Source: Podarcis melisellensis
Lineage: Eukaryota
Direction: 5' to 3' (one strand)
NCBI GenBank assembly: GCA_964234715.1
Contig: OZ174290.1
DNA: 64,000 bases
This document shows positions 58,890 through 64,000 of this stretch, piece after piece. Both the position numbers and the translations under genes were made by a program. The notes under the pieces are model-generated. The model was given only the letters and a program-made list of their open reading frames with translations, did no database searches and was not told where the DNA came from. Within the stretch, counting starts at the first letter, position 1; each line of letters opens with the position of its first letter.

Positions 58890-59492
58890 TCTTTATTGTC
58901 ATTGCCCCCTCTCGGGGACAATGAAATTACTTGCCTGCTCCATAAAAACACTAATTAAAACAATACAGTATAGTACAGCAAGGAAGATTAGATGACTTTC
59001 AAAGTCCAGGCTTCCCATTCAGGGCCGAGATCGCTCTGGAGAAGAAGCTGTTCTTAAGACGGCTCGTTCTTGTCTTCATTGTCCTGTATCTCCGTCCCGA
59101 CGGCAGGAGCTCGAAGAGACAGTGATGGATCTTTTACTATGTCCAGTGCCTTCCTATGGCACCTTGTGGCATAAATCTGCTCTAAGGTGGAGAGTGGGCA
59201 GCCAACAATGCTCTCTGCTGCCTTAACAACTCTGCACAACCCCATCCTGTCCTGGGTAGTACAGCTTCCATACCACACACATAAGCCATAAGTGAGCATG
59301 CTCTCAATGGCACAGTGATAGAAGGTAAGCAGAATGGACTCCCTTGGGAGGTGGTGGGCTCTTCTTCCCTGGGGGGTTTTCAGAAGAGGTTAGCCATTTG
59401 TCAGGGATACCTTAGCTGAGATGCCTGCATTGCAGGTGGTTGGACCAGATGACTCTCAGGTTCCTTCCAACTCTACAGTTCTAAGATTCTAA
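58515..59492 (+). mobile_element. CR1 LINE 3' fragment split by a Rex1 insertion
   Basis: LDYCVQFC.PQFKK..DKL..MQRRTTK; RT.TNGFKL..RRF.L.IKKKFLTLRAV.QWN | GLPWEVVGSSSL; tail TTCTAAGATTCTA. Confidence 0.9.
58847..59331 (-). mobile_element. Rex1/Babar-clade LINE 3' fragment
   Basis: LLTFYHCAIESMLTYGLCVWYGSC...RVVKAAESIVG.PL...IY..RC..KA..IVKDPS and (frameshifted) LFELLPSGRRYRTMKTRTSRLKNSFF; 3' UTR TGACAATAAA + (ATT)n; GAAT duplicated at both junctions. Confidence 0.88.
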
Positions 59493-59496
59493 AACA

Positions 59497-59630
59497 GACC
59501 ATTGGACAGTGATTGGCAGCAGCTCTCCATGATTTCAGGCAGGTGTCTCTCCCAACCCTACCTGGGTATCCCAGGGATGAATGTAGGACCTTCTACTTGC
59601 AAGGCAGATGCTTTATCACTGTGCTATCCT
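59497..59630 (-). mobile_element. tRNA-derived SINE, degenerate
   Basis: GGCAGCAGCTCTCCA.GATTTCAGGCAGG..TCCCAACCCTACCTGG...GGACCTTCT.C.TGCAAGGCAGATGCT. Confidence 0.75.
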
Positions 59631-60344
59631 TCTCCAAAGGAAAGGACACCACTGCATCCCTACTCAGGCTTTCATCAAAAACAGCTACATCAGACAGGAG
59701 TCACCTGAGGCACTCTATTGCACAGCAAACTTTAAGAAAATTTCAAAGGATGAAATAACTGTTAGGTCAAGTTTTCGCAACACACACACACACACCTTCC
59801 TCTACCAAACCTGCAGAAGGGGAATAACTCTCTACACAAATGCTTTCAGAAGCTTGGGTGCTGCTTCGCTACAGACACAGCTTGCAAATAGCTTTCAATG
59901 TTTGACTGATTGCTTTGTGGGGAGAACATGTTACCAACAGAAATCCTGCAGGTGTAAGACAGCCTCTCCTGCACTGACACGCCCGGCTGGGGATGTGATA
60001 ATTGGTGCGATGACTTGCGGAATCTTTCAGTTCAGGTTTCTGCTTTGATTATGCAAAGGGTCAAAGGCTCAAGGACAATCAATGCTGGCATTCATATCTA
60101 AGGCCATTTCACACACCCAAGGCTAGATTTGCTGCTCCTCACAGATCTCTCGCTTAATCCTGATGTGCTGATGAGCCTCACCTCTATGGGGTACATGTTT
60201 GCAGATGCAGACAGATCCTTTACTTGTATACTTTACTTTTGTATTATTTTATAAAATCTTAAGTGCACATTTTAAAAACACAAAATCTGAAGCTGCACCA
60301 GATTGATTCATTTATAAAATATTGGTACCACTTTTGTATAAAAA

Positions 60345-60475
60345 TAAATCCCAAGGGTTGTATTTAGTTCTAGTCCTACTCAGAGTAGACCCATTGAAGT
60401 TTACAGCAATGACTAACTTAGGTTCATTACTTTCAGTAGATCTACTCTGAGCAGATCTCAATTGGATACAACCTG
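60345..60475. mobile_element. short palindromic repeat family (also ~31975-32035, 33005-33080, 51110-51220)
   Basis: CTACTCAGAGTAGACCCATTGAA ... TTCAGTAGATCTACTCTGAG inverted arms. Confidence 0.65.
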
Positions 60476-60599
60476 ATATATCATTTCTATAAAAATGCAA
60501 TGACGATCAAATAAAACTTCTTTTAAAAAGTTAAATGAAAACAGTGCAAAAGTATATATCATAGACGGAAGAGGACGGTACAAAAAAGGCTCACAAATA

Positions 60600-61560
60600 G
60601 GATTCAGGGTCCAGGAAAGGAATATAAAGGTCTTTAAGAAGTGTTTAAAGCTGGTTACTGCCTTTGAAGCCACCCAAAAGAGAGGTGTTATACCTAGGAG
60701 TCCCCCTTCTGTGTTGTCAAGAAGTGGTAATCGGCTAACCCATGCAATGACCAGTAGGGGTTCCTTGGAAGGTCTTAAGACTCAACTTGGTCTGTACTGG
60801 GGAAGGCAGTCTGCTAGGTACCCTAGTCCCTAGTTGTTAAGAATGTAAGAACATCAGAAGAAACTGCTGGTCCAGGCCAGTGTCCTATCTAGTCCGGGAT
60901 ATTGTTCTCACAGTGTCCGACCAGATGCCCTTATGGGAAGCCCCCAAAGCAGGACCTGAATGAAACAGAATGCTACCCATTTGTGATTGTCAGCAACAGG
61001 CATTAAGAAGCATACTTCCTTTTTCAGTGGGGGTGGAACATAGCTACCTTGGCTAGCGATAGCCTTATCCTCCATAAATTTGTCCAATAAACATTTAAAG
61101 CCATCAAAGTTGGTGGCCATTTCTACTTTGGTTGAGGTAGGGCAATTGCGGTTTAACTATGCAGTGTGGGTATGTTTAGGGCTTTAGATGTCAGCAATGA
61201 AACCTTGAACCTAGCTCAGTAGGTGATAGGAAGCCAGTGCAATTTTTTCAACACTGGGGTAATGTGTAGAAAGCTCGGTGTTCCACTGAGCACCCTACCA
61301 GCTGTGTTTTGCACTATATGTCACTTATTTTTATATATATTATTGTTTATTAAATTTGTATACCGCCCTTTGTCTGAAGATCCTAGTGTGGTTCACTTCT
61401 GAACCGGGATAGTCCCAAATACAGCACATGGCTGTTCTATAAACGTCAGGTGATTAATACAGGGACTGCTATGTGACAATGCTATCCCTGTTCAGGGAAC
61501 AATGGTTGCTTGTGAACCTACCAAAGTTGGCAAACTACCCACCATCACCTCTCACTGGAT
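60600..61560 (-). mobile_element. decayed L2 LINE fragment hosting a CR1 insertion
   Basis: GTTTAGGGCTTTAGATGTCAGC..AACCTTGAA..GGAAGCCAGTGCAA (minus: LHWLPI..RFKV) and GGCAGTCT..AGGTA.CC (YL.D.L). Confidence 0.65.
60838..61168 (-). mobile_element. CR1 LINE 3' end
   Basis: peptide MATNFDGFKCLLDKFMEDKAI; TAAGAA..TAAGAAC tail. Confidence 0.88.
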
Positions 61561-61944
61561 TGGTTCTGTCTCCCACAGGCAGAGCAAACCCAGATTAGGG
61601 ATTGAAAATGGACCACTGTCAGATAAAAGGTCCTTGTGCATAAAACACATTTTGCCTCCACTTAAAGAACCTCTAAACAAATGCTGAATTGAAAGTGCTG
61701 AAGTGTCATCTCTGTATTTGTGTGTGTAAACAGGTGGGCGGTGATTTCAGGACAGTGTTAAAACCTGCAGATGGTTCTGCAGAGATGGTCTTACTACTGG
61801 CCACACACAGTGAGGATTCCTCCTCTTTTCAAAACTCAGTTTGGGTCTTTTCGAAGCTTGAGGACCATGCTCTTTGTTGGTTTTTTCTTTTCTTTGCTCC
61901 TCATCTGAGTGCCAGCCATGTTCTTCTCCTACAATTGGTGTCAG

Positions 61945-62139
61945 CAGTGGTGGCTGGTGCAATTTGGGATTGGTAGGTTGGAAGGTTAGGAGCCCAACAG
62001 CAGGTGGCGCCAGAGCTAACAGCAGTCAGAACCACCTTGGTTGCTTGCACATAAGAAGGAAGTTAGGTGGGACTGGCAGGGAGCAGACTGTGGTTGGTGG
62101 GGCAGTACCCTGTTTGCCCCAATAAACCAGCCTCCACTT
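61945..62139. mobile_element. hAT MITE carrying a CTCF-like motif
   Basis: TIRs CAGTGGTGGCTGGT / ACCAGCCTCCACT; TSD GGTGTCAG / GGTGTCTG (7/8). Confidence 0.75.
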
Positions 62140-62904
62140 GGTGTCTGGCTGTTGCTCCCATCATATCCCTGATCTCCAACAATGCTGAAAACCTGCTGCT
62201 TTATTCAGGACACTTATTTGTAGCCATGAGTATTTTCATTTCACTTTGGGAATAAAATTAAAGCACAGAGATTCATTGCAACTCCACCCTTGTTCTCTTC
62301 TGTTCTCTGCTGGTGACAAGCCATGCCCTGGATCATGTGGTTTAATCATAGTGGCCGTCAAGTTTGCTGGATTTATTGGTCTTCTTGTCTATTCTATTCA
62401 TATGATTCAGAAAATTAGTTGAGAACCAGTTTTTTGGTTCTTGTTTTTTAAGACAGAGCAATATGGAGCAATGTGTAGCTTTGGAAGGTACACATCGCCC
62501 CCTTGTGGTTTCTTTAGGGTGGTGCATGCATTGCAAAACTATATTGGTGGTAAGATTTGAATCTCAGGAATTTTTGACAATAGCAACATAACTTGATCTT
62601 GGTGTTCTTTTATTATGTATTTTCATTATTTTGAAATAAATTGAATTGCATTTTCTGTGGATATTATGGACATATTATGGACAGTGATAGGTGTATGTGC
62701 TTTGGCTATGCTCTGGTGAAACCCATTGTGCCTCATGTTCTAAAAAGTAACCTTTGCAAAGGACATAATTATGACCCACATTACTTCTGCAAAGTCACGT
62801 GTGTTGTTTCCTTATATATATTTTTCTGTCCATTTTTTTAGCTTTCTTGTTTGTCTTTCGTAGAACAGGGAACATTGTAATTTAAGATACTGTGTTGAGA
62901 TGTA

Positions 62905-63721
62905 CAGTGGTACCTTGGTTCTCAAAGCATTCCAAACCCAAGGCATGCTTTCCCATAGAAAGTAATGCAAAACGGATTAATCCGGTCCAGACTTTTAAAA
63001 GCAACCCCTAAAGCAGCAATTTAACATGAATTTTATTATCTTTCAAGACCAACATTGATCCTTAAAATGAAAGCAATAAACAATGTACAGTGGTACTTCG
63101 GGTTACAGACGCTTCAGGTTACAGACTCTGCTAACCCAGAAATAGTGCTTCAGGTTAAGAACTTTGCTTCAGGATGAGAACAGAAATCGTGCTCCGGCGG
63201 CGCAGCAGCAGCAGGAGGCCCCATTAGCTAAAGTGGTCCTTCAGGTTAAGAACAGTTTTAGGTTAACTACGGACCTCCTGAACAAATTAAGTACTTAACC
63301 TGAGGTACCATTGTACTGTACTATAAAATAAATAAAACAGTATTTTAGATAAAAATTAAAATTGTTATTTTTTCTTACCTGCACTGATGATAGTCATTGT
63401 TTGGATGGGGGGGGGGGGGCTTTTATCCATTTCTGCAATCACACAATCAATCAATCAGTAGCTGAACTGGGATCCACACAGTGACAAAAACAATTTAACT
63501 GAAAAAGCCTCAAAACAAAAAATGCAAAATAAATAGCAAAAACAAAAGCACCAAACAAAAGCTCCAAATATCACCTCAGAACACTGCAACAGTGCAACAG
63601 GAAACACAGGGGGACTCAAAACGGAGCACGTTCGGCTTCCGAAAAAAGTTTGAAAACTGGAACACCTACGTTTGCAGTTTTCAGGTTCCAACTAAGCTGT
63701 TTGAAAACCAAGGTACCATTG
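62905..63721. mobile_element. Tigger-like non-autonomous element
   Basis: TIRs CAGTGGTACCTTGGTT / AACCAAGGTACCATTG; TA TSD both sides. Confidence 0.88.
63088..63313 (-). mobile_element. Tigger-like MITE nested in the previous element
   Basis: reverse complement of 35447-35688; TA TSD at 63086-63087 and 63314-63315. Confidence 0.92.
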
Positions 63722-63917
63722 TATTTTATTTCTCTTTAAGTGATATCCATTATTTCTAAATGTGCACCTATATATACACATACATGCACAGAGCTGTCTC
63801 TGAGGACAATTTGGTAACTTCAGCTAGTGCAGAATTCAGTGGCCAGGTTGCTCAATGCGGCAAGATGGTTTGAGCATATTATACCAGTCCTAGTCCAACT
63901 GTACTGGCTGCCAATTA

Positions 63918-64000
63918 CATACCCTCCAACATTTCTCCAATGAAAATAGGGACACCCCATTCAATAATTATAATTTTACTATCTATACCCTTCACATCTT
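63918..64000. mobile_element. start of another copy of the composite hAT-like element (runs off window)
   Basis: CATACCCTCCAACATTTCTCCAATGAAAATAGGGACA..C.ATTCAA..ATTATAA aligns with 25550-25579 + 25821-25870. Confidence 0.7.

Noticed and set aside
1-64000. Prokaryotic or viral system (operon, prophage, defence island, endogenous virus ORF)
   Set aside because: No gene-dense region or long non-repetitive ORF; all recognisable peptides are decayed vertebrate LINE fragments

Overview
Vertebrate genomic DNA, almost certainly from a squamate and most likely a lacertid lizard. The evidence is the repeat complement: Sauria SINE with (ACCTTT)n tail, MIR/Ther1-derived Squam3-type SINE, Bov-B, CR1, L2, Rex1/Babar, Penelope, and hAT and Tc1/mariner-Tigger MITEs. 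I found no credible host coding exon, tRNA or rRNA gene. The ORF track is noise apart from decayed retroelement peptides and frames through repeats. The window looks like a large intron or gene desert: many short, often nested TE remnants alternate with TE-free, homeobox-motif-rich islands that resemble conserved non-coding enhancers. The most unusual structures are: (1) a Sauria SINE whose 13-bp target-site duplication encloses two copies of its own 99-bp 3' end plus 760 bp of captured DNA; (2) a young Tigger/pogo-type MITE built from strings of palindromes, with a 99-bp hairpin unit in tandem; (3) a second insertion flanked by an unusually long (~53 bp) duplication; (4) a hAT-like composite that appears to have captured an L2 tail and been re-amplified; (5) a bipartite RTE derivative; (6) a hAT MITE carrying TTAGGG repeats. 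Family names come from recalled consensus features, not database searches, and boundaries of old elements are approximate.
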